In this document: in pieces, positions 7,990 through 18,138 of the stretch
Layout: each line of letters begins with the position of its first letter
Numbering within the stretch: the first letter of the stretch is position 1
DNA from: Gemmatimonadota bacterium
Lineage (GTDB): Bacteria; Gemmatimonadota; Gemmatimonadetes; Gemmatimonadales; GWC2-71-9
Direction of reading: 5' to 3'
Length of the DNA: 64,000 nt
Assembly: GCA_036679645.1 (NCBI GenBank)
Contig: JAZDCY010000042.1
Location: 1 to 64,000 of the forward strand
Made by a program: the position numbers and the translations under genes
Notes under the pieces: generated by a model
The model's database searches: none
Seen by the model: the letters and a program-made list of their open reading frames with translations, nothing else
Told to the model about the DNA's origin: nothing

Positions 7990-9524
7990 CGCGGACGCGC
8001 CGCTTCATCGGCGGGCTCTTCTTCGGCTACGCCAATCAGGCGGTGCTGACCCTCGTCGGCCTATGGCTCACCGCGTTCCTGCTCAGAAAGCTCGGCCAGG
8101 AGGACTACGGGTTGTGGCTGGTCGGGACCCAGATCGTCGGTTACCTGGGCCTGCTCGATCTTGGTGTCGTGGCGTTGGTGCCGCGCGAGATCGCATTCGC
8201 CACGGGTCGGGCACAGGGTGCGGAGCACGCCGACGACCTGGGCGAGATCGTCGGGCGCACGGTCCGCCTGGTTCTGTGGCAGATGCCGGCGGTCGCCACC
8301 GTGGGAGTCGTGATCTGGCTCCTGCTTCCCGCCGAGTGGGCTACGCTTCGCGAACCGCTTGCCGTGGTCATTGCGGTCTTCGTACTGGGCTTTCCTCTAC
8401 GGATACTGCAGGCGGTCCTGAGCGGGCTCCAGGATCTGGCATTTGTTGGCGCCGCGCACACCGGCGCGTGGGCGGTGGGCACCGCAACCACGATAGGGCT
8501 GGTCTTCGCCGGGTGGGGCCTCTACGCCCTTGCGCTAGGCTGGGCGGTGACGCAGGGCGTGTCGGCGTTGCTCTGGTTCGTGCGCCTGAGAAGTCGTTAC
8601 CCCCAGGCGATCCCCACGGCCTTTGAGCGATACGACAGGGCCACGCTCAAGGACCGGCTCGCCCGCAGTGGGTGGATCAGCATCTCGCAGGTGGCACAGG
8701 TGCTTCTTTACGGCACCGAGTTGCTGATCATTGGTAAGCTGATGGGGCTCGAGGCCGTGGTCCCCTACTTCTGCACCGCAAAGGTGCTGACCGTCTTGGG
8801 CCACCAGGCACAGATGTTCGCGCAGACGGCCGGGCCTGGACTGAGCGAGCTGCGGGTTGCCGGCAATCGGGACGACCTCGCCCGAGCCTGCGGGGCGCTT
8901 GCCCTCGGCACGCTGCTCGTGAGCGGGCTGATCGTCTGTGTCGTGATTGTGGTGAACCAGGGGTTCGTCACGTGGTGGGTGGGTGCGGACCGTTTTGGCG
9001 GAACGACGCTGACGTTCGTATTGCTCGCGGCAATGCTGTTACGGCACTGGAACGTCACCGCGTTGTACTCGCTCTTCGCGTTCGCGCGCGATCGACGCAT
9101 CTCACTCACGACGCTGGCAGACGGCATTGTGAGCGTGGGATCCACGATCGTGCTGGTCACGCGCTACGGACTGCTGGGCGCCGCGATCGGCACGGCTACA
9201 GGAGCGGTGCTCGTGAGTCTCCCGCTCAACCTCACGGGGCTTGCGGGTGAGCTACAGCAGTCGTTCGGGTCGTTCCTCAGCGTTCTCGCGCGCTGGGCGT
9301 GGCGCTTCACCCTGCTCGCGGCACTGTCGATCGCGGTAGCTAGCGTGTGGGTGCCACATACCGTTCCGCTCTTCGTCGTGGGTACGCTCGCGGTGACGGC
9401 CGTTTACGGGCTCGTCATGCTGCCGGTCGCGCTTCGTGCTCCGGTGGGGATCTATTTTCGGCCGCGACTGGAACGCATTTTGGTGGCGATGGGACTACGG
9501 GGATCCACGGAGGAGACGGCGTGA
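7986..9524 (+). CDS. wzx: Wzx-type oligosaccharide flippase
   Basis: About 12-14 TM segments; LGQEDYGLW and LGLLDLG motifs. Confidence 0.85.
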   Translation: MTRTRRFIGGLFFGYANQAVLTLVGLWLTAFLLRKLGQEDYGLWLVGTQIVGYLGLLDLGVVALVPREIAFATGRAQGAEHADDLGEIVGRTVRLVLWQMPAVATVGVVIWLLLPAEWATLREPLAVVIAVFVLGFPLRILQAVLSGLQDLAFVGAAHTGAWAVGTATTIGLVFAGWGLYALALGWAVTQGVSALLWFVRLRSRYPQAIPTAFERYDRATLKDRLARSGWISISQVAQVLLYGTELLIIGKLMGLEAVVPYFCTAKVLTVLGHQAQMFAQTAGPGLSELRVAGNRDDLARACGALALGTLLVSGLIVCVVIVVNQGFVTWWVGADRFGGTTLTFVLLAAMLLRHWNVTALYSLFAFARDRRISLTTLADGIVSVGSTIVLVTRYGLLGAAIGTATGAVLVSLPLNLTGLAGELQQSFGSFLSVLARWAWRFTLLAALSIAVASVWVPHTVPLFVVGTLAVTAVYGLVMLPVALRAPVGIYFRPRLERILVAMGLRGSTEETA

Positions 9525-10400
9525 GCCTGCGCCGCCTCGTCCCATCCGCGGTGCGCCGGCACCCCGCGTGGCGCACGGCGTCCCGACTGCACCACGAAGG
9601 ATGGTTTACGGCAGGGCGCCGCGTGCGCGTCTGGCGTCGCATACTCGCCAGTACCCCTACGGTTACCGATCCGGTGGCGTCGGGAACGCCTGTCGAAGTG
9701 CACCTGATGTGCTATCGCCTGGACCACCTCGCGGCAATCTGGGCCCTCAAGAGCTTCTACAGAGCAGCGGGCGCGCGCTTGCCGCTGGTCATTCACCTCC
9801 AGGGCCATACGCCTGCGCGTGTTCGAAGACGACTGGAGCACCATTTTCCAGCCGCGCGGGTGATATCGCAGCACGAAGCCGATCGGGAGGTGGAGGCAGC
9901 ACTCACGAAGCTGCGGCTGCACCGTCTTTGCAGGACGCGCCGGAACAACCCGATGATCATGAAGTTGACCGACTTCGTGCTGATCGGGTCGTCGGTCCAC
10001 GTGCTCGCACTCGACAGCGACGTGCTGTTCTTCGAGCGACCCCATGAGTTGCTGCAGGCCGGCACCGACCCCATGCGCGAGACCGTCTTCATGCACGATC
10101 TAGCGAGTTCCTACAACGTCAGCGATACGGAAGCCCGCGAGCAATTCGGAATTACGCTGGTTCCGCGAATCAACTGCGGTGTGATGCTCTTTGCGCGTGG
10201 AGCAGACGTTGCGGGCCTTGGTAGCAAGCGAGGAAGGAACGGTCACCTTCCTGCCCGAGCGCTATCGCCTGTCGTTCGAAAGCGTTGGCGGACTCGACGG
10301 CGCGGTGATGCGGCACTACGCGGGCGGCAGCCGCTACCTCTTCACAAAGGAAGGCGTCGAGCGGCTCATTGAGCGGGGCCTTCTTGAGCGCGAGACGTGA
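9521..10400 (+). pseudogene. GT-A-fold (DxD) glycosyltransferase-like gene, frameshifted near 10195
   Basis: LALDSDVLF and INCGVML motifs. The C terminus (EQTLRAL...RHYAG) lies in another frame and ends at 10400, coupled to the next gene. Confidence 0.6.
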
Positions 10401-11197
10401 CGACCTCGGCGGGCACGAGTTGGCTCACGGGCAAGTCCCACGCGGTGCGTACGTTTCTGCGCATGCGCCGGTGGTTGAGGAACGGCAACGAGGTGTGGCG
10501 GCGTTACAAACGGTCTGAGCCGTTGCCTGCCTTCGTGTTCCGGCGCGGGTTCACGCTCCATCACGGCAGCGGCGACGATCCCGTCGATCTCTTGCACCGC
10601 ATCTTCGCGGACCGGGAGTACCGCCAGTTCGTAGCGCGGGTGACGGGCGTGCTGGTGGATATCGGTGCCAACATTGGTGCGGCCATGTTGGATTGGACCA
10701 GCCTGTCAGCTTCGCTCGAAGTGCACGCATACGAGCCCGACCCTCGCTCCGGGGCAATGCTGCGGCACAACGTATCGGCAAACGGCCTCACAAATCGTGT
10801 GCGCGTGTTCGACGAGGGCGTTTCGCGGTCCAACGGCACTATGCCGTTCTGGAGCGTGGACCTATCGGTGCTCGGAACGGCCTACGGTGCCGAGCCACCT
10901 CATCCCGACGCACAGCGGATAGAAGTGTCGGTGATCGGTCTCGACGACGTGCTTGGGCGTCTGGCCACCCGCACCGTAGACCTACTCAAAATCGATGCGG
11001 AGGGCGCCGAGGTGGATATCCTCGAAGGTGCGTCGTCCGAATCGCTGGACCGCGTGCGGCGTGTCATTCTCGAGTATCACGACAACCTCGTGCCAGATGC
11101 CGGCTCGCGTTGCCGCACGGTGCTGGGGCGGCACGGTTTCCGCATGCGCGAGCAGCCGTTGGCCGCGGGCCTGGGCCTGTTGTACGGGTGGAAATGA
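10397..11197 (+). CDS. FkbM family methyltransferase
   Basis: VDIGANIG, YEPDP and LLKIDAEGAE motifs. Confidence 0.9.
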   Translation: MTTSAGTSWLTGKSHAVRTFLRMRRWLRNGNEVWRRYKRSEPLPAFVFRRGFTLHHGSGDDPVDLLHRIFADREYRQFVARVTGVLVDIGANIGAAMLDWTSLSASLEVHAYEPDPRSGAMLRHNVSANGLTNRVRVFDEGVSRSNGTMPFWSVDLSVLGTAYGAEPPHPDAQRIEVSVIGLDDVLGRLATRTVDLLKIDAEGAEVDILEGASSESLDRVRRVILEYHDNLVPDAGSRCRTVLGRHGFRMREQPLAAGLGLLYGWK

Positions 11198-12294
11198 ACC
11201 GCACGCCGCGTGTGACGCATCTCGTGCCGGCGCTCTTCGACCGTGAAGAGGGAATCATTGGTGGTGCGGAGCGGTACGCCTTCGAACTCGCGCGCCATAT
11301 GGCGCATGAGGTCCCGACCGAGCTGGTTACATTTGGACGTGAGGACCGCACGTCGCAGGACGGCGACCTCCTGGTTCGGGTCCTGGGCCACGCATGGCGT
11401 GTGCGGGGCCAGCCGTCGAATCCGTTCAGCCTGCGCCTCTTGCGAGAGCTGCGTCGGGCCACCGTGCTGCACTGCCACCAACAACACATCGTGGCGAGCA
11501 GTGCGGCCGCGGCCTACGCACGGTTGTCTGGGCGCAAGGTGTTTGTGAGCGACCTGGGCGGCGGCGGGTGGGACATCTCCGGATACATCTCCACAGATCG
11601 GTGGTATCACGGGCACCTGCACATCAGCGCGTACAGCCGGCACGTGGTGGGACATGACGATAACCCGCATGCGCACGTGATCTACGGTGGCGTGGACACG
11701 ACGCGTTTCTCTCCTGCCACACCGCCAACCGAACGCAGCAGCACCGTACTCTTCGTGGGCCGGCTGCTGTCGCACAAGGGTGTAGACGATCTCATCGACG
11801 CCCTGCCCGACGGCCTTTCGCTGGAGGTCATTGGCAGCGCCTACGACGATGCGTTCTTATCCGACCTGAAACGCGCGGCGGAAGGGCGGGAGGTGACATT
11901 CGTGCACGACGCCGACGACGCGGACCTCGTCGCGGCGTATCGCCGGGCGTTGTGCATCGTGCTGCCGAGCGTGTACGACGACCGCTATGGCCGCAGCACC
12001 AAGATTCCGGAGCTGTTGGGACAGACACCACTCGAAGGCATGGCGTGCGGTATTCCAGGGGTCGTTACGTCCGTCGCGAGCCTGCCGGAGGTCGTGCAGG
12101 ACGGCGTGACGGGCTTCGTCGTGCCGCCCAACAATCCCACAGCATTGCAAGAGAAGCTCTGTTGGCTACGCGATAACCCCAGCGAGGCTCGATCCATGGG
12201 TGACGCCGCGCGCCGCTGGGTGCTCGAGCGATTCACCTGGGACGCCGTCGTGCGGCGCTGTCTCGAGATCTACTCAGCCGCAGGGAGTCCCTGA
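11194..12294 (+). CDS. Glycosyltransferase family 4
   Basis: GGAERY, FVGRLLSHKG and ELLGQTPLEGMACG motifs. Confidence 0.9.
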   Translation: MNRTPRVTHLVPALFDREEGIIGGAERYAFELARHMAHEVPTELVTFGREDRTSQDGDLLVRVLGHAWRVRGQPSNPFSLRLLRELRRATVLHCHQQHIVASSAAAAYARLSGRKVFVSDLGGGGWDISGYISTDRWYHGHLHISAYSRHVVGHDDNPHAHVIYGGVDTTRFSPATPPTERSSTVLFVGRLLSHKGVDDLIDALPDGLSLEVIGSAYDDAFLSDLKRAAEGREVTFVHDADDADLVAAYRRALCIVLPSVYDDRYGRSTKIPELLGQTPLEGMACGIPGVVTSVASLPEVVQDGVTGFVVPPNNPTALQEKLCWLRDNPSEARSMGDAARRWVLERFTWDAVVRRCLEIYSAAGSP

Positions 12295-12295
12295 G

Positions 12296-13389
12296 ATGCG
12301 TATCGCCGTCGTCACGTGGTGCGACCGTATCGTGGGCGGCGCGGAGACCGTGGAGCGCACGGCCGAACCCACGCGAGAGCGCATCGCACCGAGCGAGCTG
12401 ATGGCTGCACGGGCAGTCGATGTCGGTGCCCTCCGGTGGATTGGGCAACTGAACGACTGGCATCCGGCGGTTGTTTACTCGCACGGACTGACCGATCCGG
12501 CACTCGAAGCGCAACTCCCCCCGTCCGTCCCGCTCGTCTTCTTTGCGCACAACTACTTCGGCACGTGCGTGAGTGGTGAGAAGACGTGGAAGAACCCGAG
12601 CCCACGTCCCTGCACGCGCAGGTTGGGTGCCGCTTGCCTGGCACACTACTACCCACACCGGTGCGGCGGCTTGAGCCCGCGCACGATGTGGCGCGGATAC
12701 CGAACTCAGAGCCGGCGCCTGCACCTACTGCGACGCGCGACGGCGTTGCTCACCGCATCTCGGCACATGCGGCAGGAATACCTGCGTCACGGATTCGCAC
12801 CCGACCTGCTCGAGGTCGTTTCCCTTCCGGTCGTGGGGCTCGATACACGGGCTGAGCGATCGGGCGATCCCGGGGCCCGAGCCGTCCACCTCATCTTCGC
12901 GGGGCGGATGAACCACTTGAAGGGCGGGCACGTGCTGATCGAGTCGCTTCCCCTGCTAGCGGAGCGCTTGCAGAAACCGGTGCACGTCACCTTCATGGGC
13001 GACGGGCCCGCGCGCGCGACATGGGAATCGAGTGCACGCAAGATCATGACTGCGTCGCAGGATCTGGAGGTGGCGCAGACCTGTTCGTGATGCCGAGCCT
13101 CTGGCCGGAACCGTTCGGGCTCTCCGGCCTAGAGGCCGGACGCTTTGGGCTTCCGACCACCGCGTTCGCGGTAGGGGGCATTCCCGAATGGCTCACAGAT
13201 GGCGTGAACGGTGCCATCGCATCGCTCGATGGTGTGCGCGCCACCTCACTGGCACATGCCATCGAGCGCTGTCTCGATCCCAATCACCACGCGCAGCTAC
13301 GTGACGGAGCGCGTGAGGTCGCCGGCCGTTACACGATGGAGCGACACCTCGCCGCGTTGCTTCCGGCGCTGGAGCGTGCCGCCCGGTGA
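12296..13389 (+). pseudogene. Glycosyltransferase family 4, frameshifted near 13075 (also an apparent in-frame deletion near 12350)
   Basis: GGAET and FAGRMNHLKG are in one frame. ADLFVMPSLWPEPFGLSGLEA is in another frame, ending at 13389. Confidence 0.7.
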
Positions 13390-14525
13390 CCCGGTCGCTG
13401 CGGATTCTCGTGGCGCACAACGTCCCGCAACGGACGCCAGGTGGCATGAGCCGCATCATGGGATTTCTGCACGACCGCGTCGTACGGGCCGGGCATCGGG
13501 TCGACTACTTCGCGGCAGAGGACGTTCCGGATAAGTACCGGGGGGGGGGCCGAGCCGCACGGCTTGCGTTCCCTCGTCTCGTCTGGCGGCACGTCCTGGA
13601 CGCCCAGGGACGCGGAGAGCCGTATGACGTCGTGAACGTACACGAGCCGTCGGCCGCGGTAGTGACGACACGTCTCCGAGGAAATGCTGTGCGCACGGTC
13701 GTAACGAGTCACGGCCTCGAGGAGCGTGCGTGGGCGCTCGCGCTAGAAGAGGGCCGCTTGGGTCGCGGCGGTCCGCGCCTGCGGTCTCGCATTGTCCATC
13801 CCCTGACCGCACTGCGCCAGGCCAAACGCGCACTCCGCAACGCAGACCACGTCTTCTGCCTCAACGAGACCGACAAGGCGTATCTCATCGACCGATACGG
13901 TCGGGACCCGACATCGATAACACACATCGTGCCCGGCGCCGACACGGTATTCGCGGAAGCGGCCGGCGATCGCCAGTACATAGCGGTGCGGCGCCTGCTC
14001 TTTGCGGCCACCTGGCGGCCCAACAAAGGGATACTCGATCTGGTAGCCGCGTTCGAGGCCCTCGCCGCCGCGCACGCCGACCTCGAGCTGGTGGTGCTGG
14101 GCGCAGGTGTGTCCGAGGAGAGCGTACGGTCGTCGTTCACGCCGGCCACCCGCTCCCGCGTACGCTGGCACAGGACCGCCAACGAACGAGAAACTGCCGC
14201 CGCCTTTGCCGAAACCGATATCTTTCTCCTACCGAGCCTGTTCGAGGGCACACCACTAACCCTCATGGAGGCCATGATGAGCGGGCTTCCGATCGTCACG
14301 GCGCGAACCTGCGGGATGCAGGACGTGATACGGGACGGGGAGAACGGTCTTCTGGTTCCCATACGCCGACCCGACGCTCTCACGCGTGCCGTCAACCGAC
14401 TCTGCGAGGACTCAGCACTGCGCAAACGGCTGGGCCGGACGGCACAATCCGAGGCGTTGGCGTCGTACACCTGGGATCGGGTCGCCGAGCGTGTCGTGCA
14501 CGCCTACCAGCGGCTTGCACCGTGA
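13386..14525 (+). CDS. Glycosyltransferase family 4 (contains a G10 tract)
   Basis: PSLFEGTPLTLMEAMMSGLP motif. Confidence 0.9.
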   Translation: MTRSLRILVAHNVPQRTPGGMSRIMGFLHDRVVRAGHRVDYFAAEDVPDKYRGGGRAARLAFPRLVWRHVLDAQGRGEPYDVVNVHEPSAAVVTTRLRGNAVRTVVTSHGLEERAWALALEEGRLGRGGPRLRSRIVHPLTALRQAKRALRNADHVFCLNETDKAYLIDRYGRDPTSITHIVPGADTVFAEAAGDRQYIAVRRLLFAATWRPNKGILDLVAAFEALAAAHADLELVVLGAGVSEESVRSSFTPATRSRVRWHRTANERETAAAFAETDIFLLPSLFEGTPLTLMEAMMSGLPIVTARTCGMQDVIRDGENGLLVPIRRPDALTRAVNRLCEDSALRKRLGRTAQSEALASYTWDRVAERVVHAYQRLAP

Positions 14526-15262
14526 CGACGGACACGACGCTCGACCCGTATCCCACGACCGCGTCCAAGATGTTGCGTCGTGCGCGCGATCTCCCCTGGA
14601 AGCTCGCCGAACTGCGGGACGCGCTCATCTCGAGCGAATTCAGCCGGCTCTATCGGGTGGTGCGCTCCTACACCATGCTCAGCAACGCCCGACTGCGGGG
14701 CTTGTATTTGGCATTGCGACACGTCGAGCGCCAGGCGATCCCGGGTGACGTGGTGGAGTGTGGCACAGCCCGCGGCGGAAGTGCCGGGCTCATGGGGCTT
14801 GCTCTCCGGCGATGGGGAGCCGCTCGCCGGCTGTGGGTCATGGACACCTTCGAGGGACTGCCACCGCCGAGTGCGGATGACCCCGACTACGACATCGCGA
14901 AGCAGTTCGTCGGCGAATGCCTCGGCACGCTGGAAGAAGTCCTGGGTCTATTCCAACGGCTGGGAATCGCCGACCGCACGACGTGCATCAAAGGACTCTT
15001 TCAGGACACCGTCCCAAATGCCCCCATGGAGCGCATTGCCGTGTTGCATCTCGACGGGGACTGGTACGAGAGCGTCAAGGTGTGCCTGGACCACCTGTAC
15101 GATCGTGTGGCGCCGGGTGGCGTCATCCAGATCGACGACTACGGACATTGGGCTGGCGGCCGCAAGGCGACCGACGAGTTTCTGCGGGACCGCGATATCC
15201 GGGTAGGGCTGCGCTACGTCGACTACACAGGTCGGCAGTTCGTGAAGCCGGCCGCCGATTGA
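14522..15262 (+). CDS. TylF/MycF/NovP-type sugar O-methyltransferase
   Basis: GDVVECGTARGGS, DTFEGLP, LHLDGDWYES and IDDYG motifs. Confidence 0.9.
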   Translation: MTTDTTLDPYPTTASKMLRRARDLPWKLAELRDALISSEFSRLYRVVRSYTMLSNARLRGLYLALRHVERQAIPGDVVECGTARGGSAGLMGLALRRWGAARRLWVMDTFEGLPPPSADDPDYDIAKQFVGECLGTLEEVLGLFQRLGIADRTTCIKGLFQDTVPNAPMERIAVLHLDGDWYESVKVCLDHLYDRVAPGGVIQIDDYGHWAGGRKATDEFLRDRDIRVGLRYVDYTGRQFVKPAAD

Positions 15263-15277
15263 GCCGATCCTTCCCCC

Positions 15278-15877
15278 GTGCGACCCATCCCACATCTCAT
15301 CCTCTGGCGGCTCGGCCTTGCGCGGGCGGAGACGCAGACCACCGAGGCCGAACGCGACTGTCTCGCCCGGTACGCGAAGGGACGTGCCCGGCTCGTCGAG
15401 ATCGGCGTCTGGCACGGCGTCACGACGCGTCGACTGCGGGCCGCCATGACGCATGACGGGTGGCTGTACGCGGTGGACCCATACGCCAAAGGCCGCCTGG
15501 GATTCTCGGCACAGCGGTACATCGCGCAGCGGACGGTGCAAAAGGTGCGGAATGGTAACGTGCGGTGGGTGCGCCAAACGGGACAGGCCGCCGGCAAGGC
15601 GCACGCGGCGGCCGGCGGAGATCCTGTGGATTTCGTGTTCATCGACGGCGATCACAGCTACGACGGGCTGCGGGGAGACTGGGAAGCGTGGGTGGATCTG
15701 ATCGCCCCGGGTGGCCTCGTGACGCTGCACGACAGCCGCTCGACGCCAGAGCGCGACATCGAGGACGCCGGCAGCGTGCGCTACACGCGCGACGTCATCG
15801 TCCAGGACAACCGGTTCGAGGTCGTGGAGACGGTGGACTCCCTCACGGTACTGCGACGCCGCGAGAAACCGGCATGA
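15278..15877 (+). CDS. Class I SAM-dependent methyltransferase (Methyltransf_24-like)
   Basis: VEIGVWHG, FIDGDHSY and GGLVTLHD motifs. Confidence 0.85.
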   Translation: MRPIPHLILWRLGLARAETQTTEAERDCLARYAKGRARLVEIGVWHGVTTRRLRAAMTHDGWLYAVDPYAKGRLGFSAQRYIAQRTVQKVRNGNVRWVRQTGQAAGKAHAAAGGDPVDFVFIDGDHSYDGLRGDWEAWVDLIAPGGLVTLHDSRSTPERDIEDAGSVRYTRDVIVQDNRFEVVETVDSLTVLRRREKPA

Positions 15878-16944
15878 ACGTAGGCATCGTGGTCCATCAC
15901 TGTGACCTGCGCGAGGGCACGGGTGGCTACGTGGCGGAACTCCTGCCGCGTATTGCACAGAAACACGAGGTGACGCTGTACGCGGCGAGCGTATCTTCAC
16001 CTGTACCCGATGGCGTGCAGGTAGTACACGTCCCCGCCCTGCGGGCACGCGCCTACGCCACCATCCTGTCGTTTCCCTTCGCGTTTGCCGCGGTCCGGAA
16101 ACAGCACGACATCGTCCATGCGCAGGGATGGGTCACGTCACAGGCCGACGTGGTCACCGCCCACATCGTTCTCGCCGCGTGGCGCCATGCGTCGCGCATC
16201 GCGGGTGCACCACAGGCAACGGGCGAGCGCTACTTTGGCGGTTACGTACAGCGGCAGGAGGCCAAGCTCCTGGAGTTCGCCCGAGCAGTGATAGCGCCGA
16301 GCAAGCGCGCGAAGCGCGACCTGGCCACGTGGTACGGAAAGACGGGAAACATCCACGTGGTACCGCACGGGTTCCCGCCCGTCACCGACGTCGCCGTGCC
16401 CTGCGCGCGCAGCGATCTCGGCATCCCGGAGAACGTATTCGTGGCGCTCTACGTGGGAGACGGCCGCAAGGGCCTGCTCCAGGCCCTCCGGGCCGTCGCT
16501 GAAACGCGCGAATGCCACCTTCTCGTGGCGAGCCACTCGCAGCCCAGGCCGTATCTGTCGGAGGCGACATCTTTGGGCGTCTCACCGCGCGTCCACTGGC
16601 CGGGCCCACAGCACGACATGGCGCGTGTCTACGCTGCGAGCGACGTGCTGCTCCACCCGACCATCTACGACACCTTTGGGTTGGTCGTGGCGGAGGCGAT
16701 GGCGGCCGGGGTTCCCGTCATCGTGGGATGCGAGGCGGGTGTCTGCGATCTGATCGAGCAGGGGGACTCAGGCTGGATAGTTAATGGAGTTGATGAAGCG
16801 GGTGCCGCACTCGAGTCGTTGCGAGCCGATCCCGGACTGCGGACCCGGTTGGCCGGTCGTGCCAAAGTGGTGGCGGCGGCTCAGAGTTGGGACGAGACCG
16901 CGCGACGCACGCTCGCAGTGTACGAAGCGGCTGCCGCGAAGTGA
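15874..16944 (+). CDS. Glycosyltransferase family 4
   Basis: HPTIYDTFGLVVAEAMAAG motif. Confidence 0.9.
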   Translation: MNVGIVVHHCDLREGTGGYVAELLPRIAQKHEVTLYAASVSSPVPDGVQVVHVPALRARAYATILSFPFAFAAVRKQHDIVHAQGWVTSQADVVTAHIVLAAWRHASRIAGAPQATGERYFGGYVQRQEAKLLEFARAVIAPSKRAKRDLATWYGKTGNIHVVPHGFPPVTDVAVPCARSDLGIPENVFVALYVGDGRKGLLQALRAVAETRECHLLVASHSQPRPYLSEATSLGVSPRVHWPGPQHDMARVYAASDVLLHPTIYDTFGLVVAEAMAAGVPVIVGCEAGVCDLIEQGDSGWIVNGVDEAGAALESLRADPGLRTRLAGRAKVVAAAQSWDETARRTLAVYEAAAAK

Positions 16945-18044
16945 CGCGCCAGCTCTCGGTACTTCATATCCATGCAGGGAATCTCTTTGGCGGAATCGAG
17001 CGCGTGCTCACCACACTTGCACGTCTCGATGATACGCAGCTCGAACACCGGTTCGCGCTCTGTTTTGACAGCCGGTTACGGACGGAACTCGAAGGATGCG
17101 ACGTCGAGCTGCTGGGTGGGGTGCGCATGAGCCGTCCGTGGACCGCATGGCGCGCCAGGCGCCGCCTGCGCGAGGTTCTCGTACGGCGTCCCGATGTGGC
17201 GCTGTGCCATGCCGCGTGGGCCCAGGCCATCTTTGGTCGTGCGGTGCGGCACGCGGGGGTCCCCCTCGTACGCTGGTATCACGGGGTGCGCCGGCGGGAC
17301 GACGGGCTGGAGCGGCTCGCTGCACGCGCCGTTCCCACCTTAAGCATCTGCAACAGCGTGTTCACCCAGCGGACCGTTGCCGATGCCGGGACGACGGAGC
17401 GCACGGAGATCGTGCATCCTCCCGTGGCTCCTGTCGGCGCGGGCCCCGCCGACCGGGCGCGGGTGCGACGGGAACAGAAGGTCGAGGACGGAACCGTCGT
17501 AATCCTGTGCGTCGCGCGACTCGAACGCGGCAAGGGACATCCCGAGTTGCTCGAGGCGCTGGCCCATCTCGATCGAGGTCTTGATTGGCGCTGCTGGATC
17601 GTTGGCGGGCCGCAACGGCCTGCCGAACAACAGTACCTCGCCGCCCTGCGCGACCAGACCGGCGCGCTCGACTTGGCCGCGCGCGTCGCGTTCCTCGGCG
17701 AACGGGACGACGTGGGTGGGCTCTACGCCGCGGCCGATCTGTTCTGTCAGGCGAACACCGCACCGGACGCCTTCGGAGTGACGTTCGTCGAGGCCCTTTC
17801 CGCCGGCGTGCCGGTGGTCACCAGCGCGCTCGGGGGTGCGCTCGAGATAGTAGACGAGGAGACGGGCGTGCTCGTCCCGCCGGGGGACATCGACGCCCTG
17901 ACCGGGGCGCTTCAGGGACTCGTCACGGACCGCGAGGCGCGCGCGCGGCTCGCGGAAGCGGGACCCAATCGCGCCCGACAGCTCAGCGACCCCCATTCGC
18001 AGACCGGGCGATTGGCCGCCGCACTCCGGAGCGTGGCTCCATGA
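16941..18044 (+). CDS. Glycosyltransferase family 4
   Basis: GGIERV, VARLERGKG and DAFGVTFVEALSAG motifs. Confidence 0.9.
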   Translation: MTRQLSVLHIHAGNLFGGIERVLTTLARLDDTQLEHRFALCFDSRLRTELEGCDVELLGGVRMSRPWTAWRARRRLREVLVRRPDVALCHAAWAQAIFGRAVRHAGVPLVRWYHGVRRRDDGLERLAARAVPTLSICNSVFTQRTVADAGTTERTEIVHPPVAPVGAGPADRARVRREQKVEDGTVVILCVARLERGKGHPELLEALAHLDRGLDWRCWIVGGPQRPAEQQYLAALRDQTGALDLAARVAFLGERDDVGGLYAAADLFCQANTAPDAFGVTFVEALSAGVPVVTSALGGALEIVDEETGVLVPPGDIDALTGALQGLVTDREARARLAEAGPNRARQLSDPHSQTGRLAAALRSVAP

Positions 18045-18138
18045 CATTGCTCCAGACGCCGGGATTTCCCAGGTTAGAGCGGCCCACGCGGCCCACCGCA
18101 CCCATCGCTCGCACCGAACCCGATGACTCAGGGCGGAG

